The notes under the pieces are model-generated. The model was not told where the DNA came from and did not search any database. It saw only the letters and a program-made list of their open reading frames with translations. Below, piece by piece: positions 27,414 through 40,525 of a stretch of DNA of 64,000 nt. Source of the DNA: Paramecium tetraurelia (lineage: Eukaryota); assembly GCA_000165425.1 (NCBI GenBank), contig CT868096.1, positions 640,601 through 704,600 on the forward strand. Reading direction: 5' to 3'. The position numbers were made by a program, and so were the translations under genes. Positions within the stretch are counted from its first letter, which is position 1. Each line of letters starts with the position of its first letter.

Positions 27414-30400
27414 TCAAAGTGGTACTTCAAACATAATATTCCTAATTGCTCTTTTGAGTTAGAACTTTTTTGGTTTGGTTAACCTGTAAATTTTTTTAAG
27501 TTTATTATAAAACTTATAAACACAATTAATTAAAGGACCTAATAATCCAAACATTAAGCAAGCTATTTATAAAAAACCTATTCTAATTATTTAATCAGGA
27601 GTAAAAACATTGTTAAAATCTTTACAAAATGACAAATTAACCAATGTAAATAATATTACCGAAACCTCTACGCACAAGATATTCATCAAGTCTAAAATAG
27701 TATTTGTAACCTTAAGAATAAATAAAAACCCTATATATGCACAAGTGGAAAAGGAGAGCATTATGCATTATGCTATAGAGAAATCTTGCATTCTAATTAA
27801 AATTAACACAAAGGTAATCTTTTTTAACATAATAATCTATTAATGCTGTTAATTTTTTAATTTTTTGAAATCTATGTTATTACTGGGTATCTCAAAATTT
27901 CTCACTCCAATACATATTCCTATTATAAAATATATCAGACAAAATATTAATGACACTAAAGTTCTAATTCCTGATTATTAGTTAAAGGTTAAATACAATA
28001 AAACCTTAAAACTTAAATCCCAAGTATTAGCATAGTAAAAATCTATTATCAAATTTATGGAGTCAAAATTTAAATATTTCTTTATCTATTTATTTTATTA
28101 ATATAGTTTTATTGCAAGCGACTCAAATGCTTTTGATTTCCGTTTTCTGAAAAAATAAATGAAATATGAAGTAAAACAAACCTTTAAGCAAAACTTCAGA
28201 TACATTTTCAGAATTATCAATAATGAAAAGAATAAAATTACCTACATTAATTAGCTATATATATTAGTTATTAAATCAGCATTAATTTAATACTGATAAA
28301 ACTTCCCAAAACCTTAAATTATATTAATCCCTAACTAATTTTCAAAATTATCTTTAATTCCCAAAAATTATAATATTGGATCCACTGATATCAATTCAGA
28401 AGATTAAAAATAAATATTAAGATTTTCTGGATATTCTACATTTATAAACTTCAAATATGAGTAAAATTATAATGTATCTAAGATTTCTAAAAATTATTAG
28501 GGAGAACCAAGAAGCAATGCAAAAATAGCGAAACCTCCTAATGCAAGCATAATATTGTAACCAAATTTTTAGAAATTTTTAGAAACTTCTATTTATGCCT
28601 GATTTAGAACTAAAGGGGCATTTAATTCAATTTATTATGACTATGGTGGTACTGGTAAATCGTTTTCATCCAATAAAATAAGATCGACCTTAACTTCTAA
28701 AATTGGATTTTATGAGAGTTGTTAGTTAATTTGAATTTTTAATTCATAATTGATATCTCGAGTCTCATTTGAGACTATTTCTACTACAGGAAAAATACTG
28801 ATATTATAATAAGTAGGACCTATGTTAATTGAATTAACATTATAATCTAAAAAGTTATTTTCTTATTAATTCAGTTTAACTTTATTATTATATGATAATT
28901 AAACATATTGTGTGTTAAAAGTTGAGTTTAAAAATGCAATCGAAATTCTAGGAATACGGGAACATTAACTTAATAATGAATAGGATTCTATGCAATTCCA
29001 ATTCTCTTCAATTTTACATTAATTTGAACATCCATCAGAATTGATCCTGTTTCCATCATCACATTCTTCATCTTTGTTTACAATCCCATTTCCACATGAG
29101 ACACACTTCTTATTTTCCAAAATATAATCTGGTTTACATAGGAGGCAATTAGCCCCATCGCAAACTTAGCAATCATTCTAGCATTCAGGTTGAATTGGAT
29201 CAATTTCTTCAATTTCAATTAGAACTATTGGAACACATTCACCATTTATAGATTCTTCTTCAACTTTACACACATCTTAACATTTGCCAGATTCACAAAT
29301 TTTACAGCCAAAATTACATTAAAATTAACATTCAAAACAACCATCATATTTAATGTTGTTTCCATCATCACATTCCTCTAATCCACTTATAACTATTTTA
29401 TCACCACATATTGGTGTGCATAAATGATGTGCCAGCTTGAAATTTGCTTCACATAGGAGACAATTTAATTCCTTATTGCAAAATTAGCAATAAGATCCAC
29501 ATTAAAATAAACAATCATAGCACCCATCCTCAATAACATAATTACCATCATCACACTGCTCATTAGAATGTAATGCTATTTAATTATCTCCACAAATTTG
29601 CTAACATTTATTATCAACCAATTGCCATCCCTCAAGACAAACATAACATTTATCTTAAAGACATATTAAACATTCTAATTAGCAGTTTTATATACAATTA
29701 TTACAATCATTATTTTACAAGCTAACTAAATCTTAACAATTACAAATTTCAACACATTATCTTTTGCTTGGTGAAAATTTATAACCTTTTTTACATTCGG
29801 TTTAACTATCTTATTCATGATCTAAAATAATTTAAGAATCTGGAAAATAACAAACCGAAAAACTTTAAATTATGTTTAATCTATAATAATTATTTTAAAG
29901 TAGATTATACTATTAAGATAATTACAGTATTGATTGTTATTGAGAGTTAGGTTAACATTAAATGCCATTTTTTTCAAGATAATTGGTCCAATTGATGAGA
30001 ACACCAGTTTCTAATTGTTCAACAAAGCTTTCATCAAACTAAAAACCATGTTTACACCTATTATTTACAAGAAAATAGGATTTTTCACATTCCTTACAAG
30101 TTCCATAAGTGCAAAGGATGCAATTTAATGGACAAGAAAATTAGCAATTATGGCAACCATCGTATGGATTAGAATTACCATCATCACAAATCTCATTTAA
30201 CATTAATTTCTAATCACCACAAATAGGTATACAATTATTTTTTGTGTACAAAGTCCAGCCATCTAAACAGTTGATGCAGATTCCATTTACGCAATTACTA
30301 CAACCCAAATTACAATCGTATTGATTAGAGAAACACCCATCAAATGGCTAAATGTTGAAGTCTTTACATTAATAATCTTCATATATATCAGTAAATAATG

Positions 30401-31402
30401 AAAAATCTCTGATTCCAAACCAAGAAGTAGAGCCATCTGTTTAAGTTAATACCTCTATTCTAAGATTTACATTTTTATGTTCAAAATCCGATATTTATAC
30501 TTAAAATACTGTAAAATTATAACATAATGGAATTGAGGATTATACATAAGAATCTGAGATTTTAGTTATTACCTATTAATTATCAATTTTCAAATCTATT
30601 GTTGATGAAGTTTAGTTGAATATTAACACTTTCATATTCAAGCTTATTTTTTTATGAAGATTTAAAACGAATTCTTTGATAAAATTAGTCCCTGATGATC
30701 TTAAAAAATTGAAATCTATATTTATTTATTACTTATACCTGTGCATTACTATACTTATTAAGAAACTATGTTGTTAGTCATCCACCCATCATCTACAGAT
30801 ATAGTGGAGAAAATTTTGTTATTAAACGATTAATAAACTAATTCCCAAATCTTTTGAGTAGTATTTATGACATTTAAATTAAATTCAGAAAAGCCCCATG
30901 AAGATTAATTAGAGACCATTGTAATTTGAATGGAAGAGCTCTAGTGAATAATATTTTCAGATATATCATATGATTCATATGGTGTACAACCGTTTGTAAA
31001 AGTGTATAGAGATTTTTAGATTAAAAGTTTAAGTTCGTTGTCAACATACAAATAGAAAAAATAGTTAGTAGCGGATCTCCTATCTATATAATATTATAAT
31101 TACATCCAAAGTTTAAATGACAGATTGACTTAATAATGTGGAGGAAGCTCAAAAGATTTTGATGTTAAACTATTAAAGGCCCAGTTTGTGCATTCGTTCA
31201 TGATTAAGACGCTTTTTAATCCACAATTTGCCACTGTATACCCATGATTATCCCTTTAGTATATATTCCAATCTTAATATAGCAATAACATACCAAAGCT
31301 TGCGGATGTAAAAGTTCCATGAAAATTACTATAAATTAGTTAAGACCTGCTAATTTATATTAACAGGAAATAAAAATTCAGAAACAATATTGGCATTTTC
31401 AT
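27414..31402 (-). CDS. Cys-rich multi-pass surface protein with CGD/N...CDDGN (DUF4215/Myxococcus-type) repeats
   Basis: Signal peptide MKMPILFLNFYFLL; FELPPHY/SWGFS module; four CG(D/N)...CDDGN...DGC repeats; hydrophobic C-terminal TM cluster. Confidence 0.9.
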
Positions 31403-31785
31403 TGGGGATATAGATTGAGAAATAGTTTTAAATTTTTAATCATTATTTTTTATTATAATATTAATTTTATTACTCATGGTAGTTATTATAAGAAAGGATG
31501 AAATTATTGAAATATTTTCAAATTTTCATAAGTTGGCTAACCGTATCTCTTATTTCTAATATTTAATTTATTTAGTTAAATGTTTATCAATTTATATAAG
31601 ATCATATTTAATAATTATATTAATTAAAATTAATTTTTCAAATCTAAAAAATATTGTAGACATCGTTTAGTGATATTATAGTCTAAATTTTAAAATACTC
31701 ATTTTAATTTAAAAAAGATAAGTTGATTCTTAATTTAGCTGAAATATACATATATTAAATTTGGAAGATAAACTGGAGCATAACA

Positions 31786-31866
31786 GTCAGTTTGGCCGAG
31801 TGGTTAAGGCGGTGGACTTGAAATCCACTGGGTTTACCCGCGCAGGTTCGAATCCTGCAGCTGACG
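31786..31866 (+). tRNA. trnS-UGA: tRNA-Ser (anticodon UGA)
   Basis: Acceptor GTCAGTT/AGCTGAC, A box TGGCCGAGTGG, anticodon arm GTGGA-CTTGAAA-TCCAC, long variable arm, B box GGTTCGAATCC, downstream T-run terminator. Confidence 0.97.
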
Positions 31867-31921
31867 ATTTTTTTCTAAAGTTGATACAAATTTGGATATA
31901 AGCCATGGCTAGATTAATATT

Positions 31922-32750
31922 TCAATTAACCGATATATTTGAATATGAATGGAGATCTTAAATTTTCTCTGAGAAGGTTTGATTAGTATTGTGATCATGC
32001 ACTATAACAAATCCAATTTTTTTATAGATTAACTAAACTTAAGAAATCTGAATTAACTTATTAGTTTTGAGATTGTTTAGAGTCTTCCAAAGAACTTGTG
32101 CTTTAGAAAATGATAATTCTCTAAAATTTCTCTCTTTTTTAAGGAGGAATGTCCCAATACAATTATTCATCAAGCTATTAAAAATATTGAATATATCCAT
32201 TAACGATATTTTGGGTCTAATTTAATTTTTATCAGTAATAGAATTTAAATCTTTATCATTTATTGGTTTGTTATATTTTTAATGATTATTCTAGATTATT
32301 GATTTCTGTGATTCTTATGCTTTTGTGATTTTGGAATCAGAAGTTTCATCCAAACATTCCCTACAAAGGAAAGTTTGTACTAATTCTTAATATTTATCAT
32401 TTATAAACATTCTTTCATAACAGCCAACTTTTAGTTTCCATTATTATCCACATCTTGTAAATAAATATTCCTTTGCCATTCTTTTAGAATTTCTAATTGA
32501 TTTCGCCAATATAAACACTATTTTTTTAAGAATTGCAAATTTGTGACCTGTGAATTGAATCACATCCATGCTCTCCATATAAGTGATTGGATAAGCAGAG
32601 TCTGGGGAAGACATTATTGAATGTTCTCCAAGCATTTATTTGCTGAGAGTGTACTGCATAAATTCCAGGCCTGGAGTCTATTATATTGAAACTAGCTTGT
32701 GATACTTCACTAATAAATGAATCGCTGTCTGAAACTCAAATATTACCCAT
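31922..32750 (-). pseudogene. Disrupted gene with a short MORN-like motif
   Basis: MGNI* (TGA at codon 5); SVYIGEINQKFQKNGKGIFIY; frameshifts in the 5' half; open 3' half. Confidence 0.55.
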
Positions 32751-32917
32751 TTAATTAAATATAGAAATATACACATAAATCTCACAGATTAACATACTAA
32801 ACCCAAATATTTTTAAATTTTGAGTTTAATATATTTTAATAATAATCCTTATTTATTATTTTTAATCAATTTTCTTAAACATAATTGTAATATTTACATA
32901 ATTAGATAATTTTTAGA

Positions 32918-33945
32918 ATGAATTTATCAAGAAAATAAAGATAATAAAGTTTAATCCTTCGAATAAAAAAAAATCATTTATAAGGGCAGCGTGAGATTAG
33001 ATAAATTTACCAACATAAAACCAAACAATATTAATCCTACTCAGAGAATATAAAAGTCATTTGAGTCCAATCATTAGACAAAAAAGAGCTTAAACTATTT
33101 TAAAGTAGTTGCTTAATGAATATAATTAACAGTAATATAGGTTGATTAAATTTAGAGTACTTGAAGCCAAATCCTCAAGGAATTTAAAACTAAAGAGAAT
33201 ATCAGTTGATTACAACTATTCAATTTAATTGCCAAACATTGAAGAATATTTCCATTCATAAGATAAACTCCAATTGCTCAAAACAATTAAGAATGAAAAG
33301 AATAGAGTGGAAAATCATATTGAGAAATTAGAAAAAATCAAGAAGGAATTAGATCTTTCAGATTATGTATTTACTCAGCATAAACCAAATACTTATCATT
33401 CAAATACACCTGGCAAATCTGCAAGGAAACAACACACACTTAAATTAAATACAAGTGGCAGCACAGTATTTGGAAAAACAGAGAATGTGAAAAGGCAATA
33501 ATCAATTATTGATTGTGAAGACAGAAAATAGATTGATAAAATCAAAGAAATCGAATTGTATAGGAAGTACGAAAAAGTAAGAGATAGCAAAGTGTTACCT
33601 CAGTTAGTAAATCAGATAAATGAGTCTTACGAAGAAAAGAATAAGTTAAGCGATAAATTCAATAGACAATTATATTATTGCATACACAATAGGGATTATA
33701 GCATATAAGATAAAATTAAAGAGTATAAAAAGGATAGTTTATCCTACTCTCAATTTTATTCAATTTAAAAGAGACTTAAACAACATATGGAGGGCAGATT
33801 CAAGGCAACAGAGAATCAAGTTGTAAAATTTGATGATGAACTAAAGAATCTAGCCAAAACTAATAGATTAACTGCAAGTAGAAAGCAACAACTATCTAGA
33901 ATAAAAATTGAATTGGAGAATGGTAATTAATTAGAAAATTATTGA
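32918..33945 (+). CDS. Hypothetical coiled-coil protein (apparent 1-nt indel just after the ATG)
   Basis: Long code-6 frame with a 28-nt intron 33105-33132; TGA 33943-33945; ATG 32918 is out of frame by one base. Confidence 0.6.
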
Positions 33946-34085
33946 TATGAATATAAATAGTGTGTTTAAATATTAAATGATTGTCACTATCATTCTTCCA
34001 AATGAATTAAAATAATAGATGGCATTTAAAATAAGTATGATTTATAGTTTAGAGTGTGAGTGATTAATTTTATTATTATAATATA

Positions 34086-35277
34086 ATGAATAATGTAAAT
34101 TTAAGAGTAGTAATTCAACTAGCCTATTTTATATTGGTGCTTACAATAAAATTAAGTTAATCATAATTCAGAATACTTTTAAGTTATTTTAAGTATGATC
34201 TTGACTGTGCTCTTTATACCTTTAATAGATATGTGAATACATGCGTTGAGCAATAATAACTGATATTTAAATCACTATGGTTAGTTTTAAATCTATTTTG
34301 TTGGGCAGCGTTGATCTTGGGTTGATAAATGATGGATTCCTAAGTAGATTTCAGTATTTTTGGTTGGGATTAACAATATAACTAGAATTTGATTCCACGA
34401 TCCAAAATTAAATAGTTAGAGTTGGATACCTCTTGGTTGTAATTGCTTCAGCAAATTAGACTTCAATTTATCTATTAATTGATTCGTCTGCAATTGGGAT
34501 CATTTTTGGCGAAGCTTTGTATGGTTTGCTACTATTATATTAATTTATTGTGAAAACAAATTAGTAGGTAAAGAAGTTACCTCTACATAAATCCTGTTCT
34601 CATAGTTTTACTGAGAAAATAGAGAGTCCTCAATAACAGATATTTGATGAAGACTCGAATCAAATTAAATTTATGCCATTGAATTAAGGATTAGGAAAAA
34701 ACTCTTCATTATATTCAAGGGATCCATCGGTTCTAGAATAGATAGAATAGTAAAAAACCTTTTATGAGATTTTATTCAATTAGTTTCCTGAAGGAATATT
34801 AATAATCAAAGATCAAAATAAGATTGATTATCACAATAATCAAGTCTACAATTTGTTGGGAAGAAAACATATTCAAAATAGAAAAGATTAAATATTGCCT
34901 CGTTTGTATGAATTAAAGAATTATAGTTCGAAATTTCAATTTGAGGAATAAACATAGTTTGACAAATTCTTTTCTAATAGGAATGAGAAATGAACATTCA
35001 ATAATATATATTTAACATATATTTGATAAAACAATTCCAGTATTATGAAGGTAGGAATGATAATAGATTTATAGATATAATGGAAAAATCGGAACTATTA
35101 GTTGATATATTTGGACATTCAAGTTATATATTATTAAGTCTGATTAATATCGTATTGAGTTCTTAGCCCAGACAACAAACTGGAAAGGATATTTGATTTA
35201 ATAATCAAAGATTAAAATATTATATAATACAGAATTTTTAAGATATGTTGAACAGTTTAATAAATCTAATTGACTGA
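34086..35277 (+). CDS. Hypothetical protein with N-terminal TM segments
   Basis: Hydrophobic N-terminal half; one intron ~34321-34344; TGA 35275-35277. Confidence 0.6.
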
Positions 35278-35303
35278 AATTTTATATATATAAAATATTA
35301 TTA

Positions 35304-36245
35304 ATGAACACTTAGGATGAGATACTTTTGTTAAAGAAGTGCATCTGTGAATTTTTAAACAAAATTCTTCCCACAATTAAGGATCCATTAATTTTAACTA
35401 GATAAAGACTTAGTTAATTTAAGACCGTGCTATTAGATGAACTAAAAACTATATCGGATGTATATTTCTATGTTCAGACACTGTAATTTCAAGAAGGGTT
35501 AGTCTTAAGGACTGACACAAAGATTGAACATGACAGAAATCCTTCAGGAATGAATTTAGGCATGTTGAACTTAAACTCAAACCCAACTATATCAGAAAAG
35601 AGAGTAATTCCTAATTCCTTTGGTTTAAATAGAGGACTAGACACCTAATAAACAAATGCTGGAAACCAAGCAAATCCTAAGATTGAGATTGCATCCTTAA
35701 ACTGCCAGCAAAATCAAATTGTTGAAGATTAGTAAGAGAAAGAATTTCCAAAGTTGGGCAAAGATATATTTTTTAAAAGACCTTCAACAAGAAAGTTATC
35801 TATTAAGACGAAAGATACAAAAGCTATAGAAAATAATTATAAACCAATTGATGAAATTTAAAAATTAAATTTTTATGGATAAAGAGCAGATAATTTTAGT
35901 GTTCTGAATAATTATTCTAAGAGAATACCCATTTTTGATAAAGAGATGTTGCTAACTGAGATTAAGGAGAGTGAAAAGATTATTCGTAAAAACACAACTA
36001 CTTTAAATGCTGTGTATAATAGAAGTTTTGAAATAATGACTGGCGACAAAGAATAGAATTCAGAATAGTTAAATAGCATTTAATAAGGCTTGCGAGCATA
36101 ATAAGATTTAAGAGAATTATAAAATGCCTAAAGGAATGCTACATTGAAAGGGTATTCGATTTATGCTAAGAAGGATAAGGATATTGCAAAATAGAGAATG
36201 GATGAAATTGCATAAATCAATGATAAAAAGAAACTATATTTTTGA
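35304..36245 (+). CDS. Hypothetical protein
   Basis: Uninterrupted code-6 frame MNTQDEILLLKKCICEFL...KKLYF*. Confidence 0.7.
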
Positions 36246-36268
36246 TAAATTTATTTAATAATAGATTA

Positions 36269-37430
36269 ATGAATAAATTATATCCAACAGATAAATACAT
36301 CATCAATATTTTGAATATCCTCAACGTTGGCTACAATTAATCTTGTTTTGTGTGCTTTGCTCTCCAACATAATGTTTGGATTCTCATTTTCCCCTATTTT
36401 TAAGAAAATGTCATTTATTTATCAAGTTGATAGTAGGTAAGAAATTATTAAATGATTAAAGATATTTGTGATTTTTTATAATAAGTTTTACTGTCTTTTG
36501 GTAATAATTATTAAGTGAAGCATTTTAGTAATTTGTGAATGTTGATTCAATTTGTTTTTGTATCAATTATTTCTTATATGATAATACTTATACTTACTGT
36601 AATACCACGAAACATAATCATTTAGATTTGATAAGAGCTTTTAATTTGTGGCTAATTGGTTTCTTCCTGAAAATAGAATCCTTATTATGGTGATTATAGC
36701 GTTTGTTTTCAATGCAAGCTCAGGAGTATCTATTAGAATTCTACTAACTATTTTAGGGGATTTTTAGATCAACGTTCATCCAACTGTTTAATAAATTGAA
36801 TTAGGACGTGCTCTAATTGAGAGCTTGATGTTTTTGCTATTTGCCAGTGTTATAGTTGCTAGTAATCCTGATTTCATATTACTAACAATTAGTTTTGCAT
36901 TCATCTTAGGAACAACAACATATTTTACATTGCAGATGGCATATTTTATACCTCCTTTTGATCACTCTCTCAAAGATTAAAGTAATTTAGTTTTGGTGTG
37001 TGTGATAGCTTGATTGATTGCCAATGTTTGCTTTGGAATTGCCATAAAGAATAGTCAATCTTATAAATAAGTGTTGAGGATTTGTTATATCTAAATGACT
37101 GTATTATTTGGAATGCTCATTCTAGCTCTGTATGTATACAAAGTATTTTTCTTTATTGTTTATTTTTTTTTGTGTGGAAGTTCTGCCCTTATGGCTTTGA
37201 CTTTTAATTTCTCTTGTGAATTATGCTTTCCATTAAGCGAAAATACTACAATTTTTTATTTCACTAGGAAGACAATTAGTTATGTTCCACTTTGGCTATC
37301 ATATTTTATGATATTTATGTTAATCTTAATTTGTAGCTCTAATTTTATACCATGAAAATTAACGAAAACATTAAGAGATCAGAATAGGATATTCAAATGG
37401 ATGATAGAATTGAAAAGAAAATACTGAAGT
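36269..37430 (+). pseudogene. FLVCR/SLC49-like MFS transporter pseudogene
   Basis: EYPQRWLQL, VANWFLPENR, FSCELCFPLSEN; frameshifts, in-frame TGA 37011-37013, apparently deleted central loop. Confidence 0.75.
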
Positions 37431-37503
37431 CAGCTTATTAGATCAATAAATTTTAATGTTAGCAACAATGATTATTGATTATATATATAAATTAATATAA
37501 ATT

Positions 37504-37879
37504 ATGCTAAAGGTAATTGGATTTTTATTATTGCTACATTCAGCCATCTCATTAATCAGATATAGAAAACATTTAATTTACAATGACACGACTGATTAAT
37601 ATCATATACCTTTGGATGTAACAATTCATTTATAAATCTGATAGATCTTATTGGAAATAATTGTGGGATTTGCTTTAAATATGTTTTTTGGAGTTATTAT
37701 GGATAAAAAATTTGCTAACATACATGAATTTCCACATAAAAAAACGTACACCTTGAATTTACTATCATAGCTATGACTAAGCTTTCTAAAGACCTAATTT
37801 CAGATAACCTGGTGGTAGAGGAGGAGTATTATAATCTGTAGTAAAAGATAAAATCGGAAATTTTGACATCAACCATTGA
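37504..37879 (+). CDS. EMC5: ER membrane protein complex subunit 5 / MMgT1
   Basis: GFLLLLHSAISLIRYR...IPLDILLEIIVGF...TYDQAFQRPNFRQPGGRG; introns 37618-37644 and ~37746-37770. Confidence 0.85.
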
Positions 37880-37923
37880 TAAATTTGTGTACATTAATAT
37901 ATCTGTTTTTATACATATTTAAT

Positions 37924-39222
37924 TCATCTAAAATAATGTAATGCTCTTGCTGTAAGTCCTTAAACCTTTGATTCATCTTCAGTTTAATCAAGCCAATATT
38001 CCTCAAATAATGCTATGTCTTCTGGCTTAGAAGCATCAAGTTTAGTCAATTATAAATATTCAAATGTTGGATGATCTTTCTAGGTAATATTAATTAATCT
38101 CTTACTAAAAATTATGGAATTTCAGTTCCTTTCCATATCTAAGCTCCACAGATTTAAAAATCTGGAACATCCCCATAGACACTGTGGATAGCAAATGGCC
38201 ATTTTTTAAAATGAGGATCAGTTCTTTATGGAAATCCATTGCAATTATTTCAAAACGAAATCAAAACCTTTGCATCTTATTCAGCCTTAATATATTTAAT
38301 AATCCATATAGACCATCCTTAAGAATCAAAATGTTCCAAAATGTTTTGAATTCAGCAGCAAAATTTTTTGATGCTAAAAATTATCTTTTCCAGTCGTCAA
38401 TGTTGAAAGTAGATTATGGTAATAAATCAAATTCACATTATTATTTTATTGGCTTCTCTTCTTCGCCTTCATCTTTTGAATGAGCCTTTTATTATTAAGT
38501 ATTTTATGGTAATTATTATTTTAACTATTTTTATTATTATTATTAATAATATTATAATGGGAAAGGTTTTATGGCAATATTTGGTTTTTCCATAATACTT
38601 AAGTTATAAATATATTTTACATCCAAAAATGCAGGTATTTCTGATACTTATTTGTACTATCTAGAAATAATTTGGAATTGTATCTCTGTATTTGTATATC
38701 AAATGTAAAGGAAATAATCTTTAGAAATAAGTTGCTAAAATTAAATCAGCAATTGTTAATAATTAGCCAACCAAGAAATTGTTTTTTTTAAAGTGATTTT
38801 CTAATATTTTTAATTTCCAATTCAATTCTTTTTTATTTCTTCTTATTTTTAGAGTGTTGTCAATCCAAAACCAAGAATTGGCAACAGCAAACCAAGTAGA
38901 GTAGGTTCCAATTCGAGCGATGTAAAATCTAACCATTGCTTATTGATAATCTGTTATTCCAACCAAAGGTTTTCCTCTGGTAACATATTACAATATGGCA
39001 TTGCTTGAGCTAGATATCCTTCTGGTGTTTCTAACAAAGGAAATTTACCTACAGTGATCTTAGTCAAAAAAACGCTGGAGTCTAATGCAAATAAAAGATT
39101 TGTACTTCTAAAGCTTTAAATTCTACAAAATAATTAATAATTTAAACATTGGCTAATTAAGCAGCAACTATTATCTTGCCAACTCTTGGATTACCAACTG
39201 TATACGTGAGTTTATGTGACAT
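37924..39222 (-). pseudogene. EEF1G: Elongation factor 1B-gamma pseudogene
   Basis: GST-like N-terminus (GKFPLLETPEG, FLVGQLLTIAD) and EF1G C-domain (FNIDDWKRQF, IWKGTEIP, DHPTFEY, FEEYW); several frameshifts and an in-frame TGA at ~38250. Confidence 0.85.
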
Positions 39223-39520
39223 GAAAATATCTTTATATTAAATTTAATTAAATCCAGATAAAGTCCAAAACAATTAGTGTAATTCTCTTTTGGTTGTTAT
39301 TTAAGTAAATAATTAGATTGATATAATGATTCAAACATTTATGTTTCAATGAATAAATTTTGGATTTGGTATGAAAATTGACATCAATAGCAAGAATAGG
39401 CCAGGAGAATGACCCATAGCTAATATTAAGAGAGTAGAGAGAGTAATAACTTAAGAAAACAGTAAAAACAAAAAAAGATAGATTGAGTATTATTATTGAA
39501 TATTGATTTTATTAATTAAA

Positions 39521-40507
39521 ATGTCTCTTAGCCAATTATATGGGAAATAAACAATCAATTATGCAAGTACACTATAAAATTAATCAATTTAAGAGAGCTC
39601 AGATAAATGAGATTTCCAAATGATTCACAATCATTTGGATTACGTTAAGAATATCATGATTTTACATAGTTGCATCGTCAGCCCGCTGAAACAAAGAAGC
39701 ATCAACGAGCGAAGTCAACTCTGTAGAATAATTATAGATAAGGGACTCCTATAACAGATTTAGAGGAAGTAGAGGGAGAGAAGTTGTTTGATTAATTTTT
39801 TAAGCTAAACAACTCCAAAAGCGATAGCGACTTTATGAGAGATTCTGTGTAAAGAGATTTAAAGCAGCCTGAATCTGAATTTTTAAGGTTTGTGGAGAAC
39901 GCAATAGAATATCATAAACAATCTGAGTTGCACTTCAGACCTGCTATTAAAAAGAATTAGCATTTGGAGAAGAAAGCAAAGGAGCTTGTTATATCGAATA
40001 GATTGTTGGCAAGTGAAATCAATCGATATAAATAGAAGGAGATCGAGTTAAAAAATAAGATAAAAATATTGCAAAAAGAGTATTAATTAGAGTTGGGTCA
40101 ATTGATATAGAAGAATGAATGGTTGGAGGAGTTGTTGGTGAAACAAAAAATAGACAATGAGAATTCTTTGTTGGCTGTTAAGAAATCTTTAGAAATGATG
40201 CAAGGAAGATGCATGTGTCAAAAGGGGATGGTTGATAAGATAATGAAGGAAGTTAAGTAACAATCTAGACAATAATATGATCTCCAGGTGACCCATTCAT
40301 CATCGGAATTAAGCAGTAACACCGAGGAGGATGATTTCAATTTTGATTATATGAGGAGGAGAAAATCTTTATCAAAGGTAATAAGTTAAATAAACATAGA
40401 CATCAGAAGAACATCAATTCGTACTTGCGAGAAGCAAGAATTCTAGGGAGTTTGCCAGAGATCTCTTTATAAGAAAGAAGCATATACAAGACCCGTATTA
40501 TACATGA
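39521..40507 (+). CDS. Hypothetical coiled-coil protein
   Basis: Code-6 frame with introns ~39568-39594 and 40378-40399; ends DPYYT*. Confidence 0.7.
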
Positions 40508-40525
40508 ATATTAAATTATAATATA

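Noticed and set aside
31786..31866. Possible selenocysteine or stop-suppressor tRNA because TGA is in the anticodon loop
   Set aside because: Anticodon UGA decodes UCA (Ser); tRNA-Sec would need anticodon UCA and an extended acceptor stem
36270..37420. Minus-strand gene
   Set aside because: Minus frames are repeatedly closed; the signal is the antisense of the plus-strand MFS pseudogene
39300..39490. Short purine-rich coding-like stretch upstream of eEF1B-gamma
   Set aside because: Candidate frames are broken by TGA and show no recognisable motif; at most a relic
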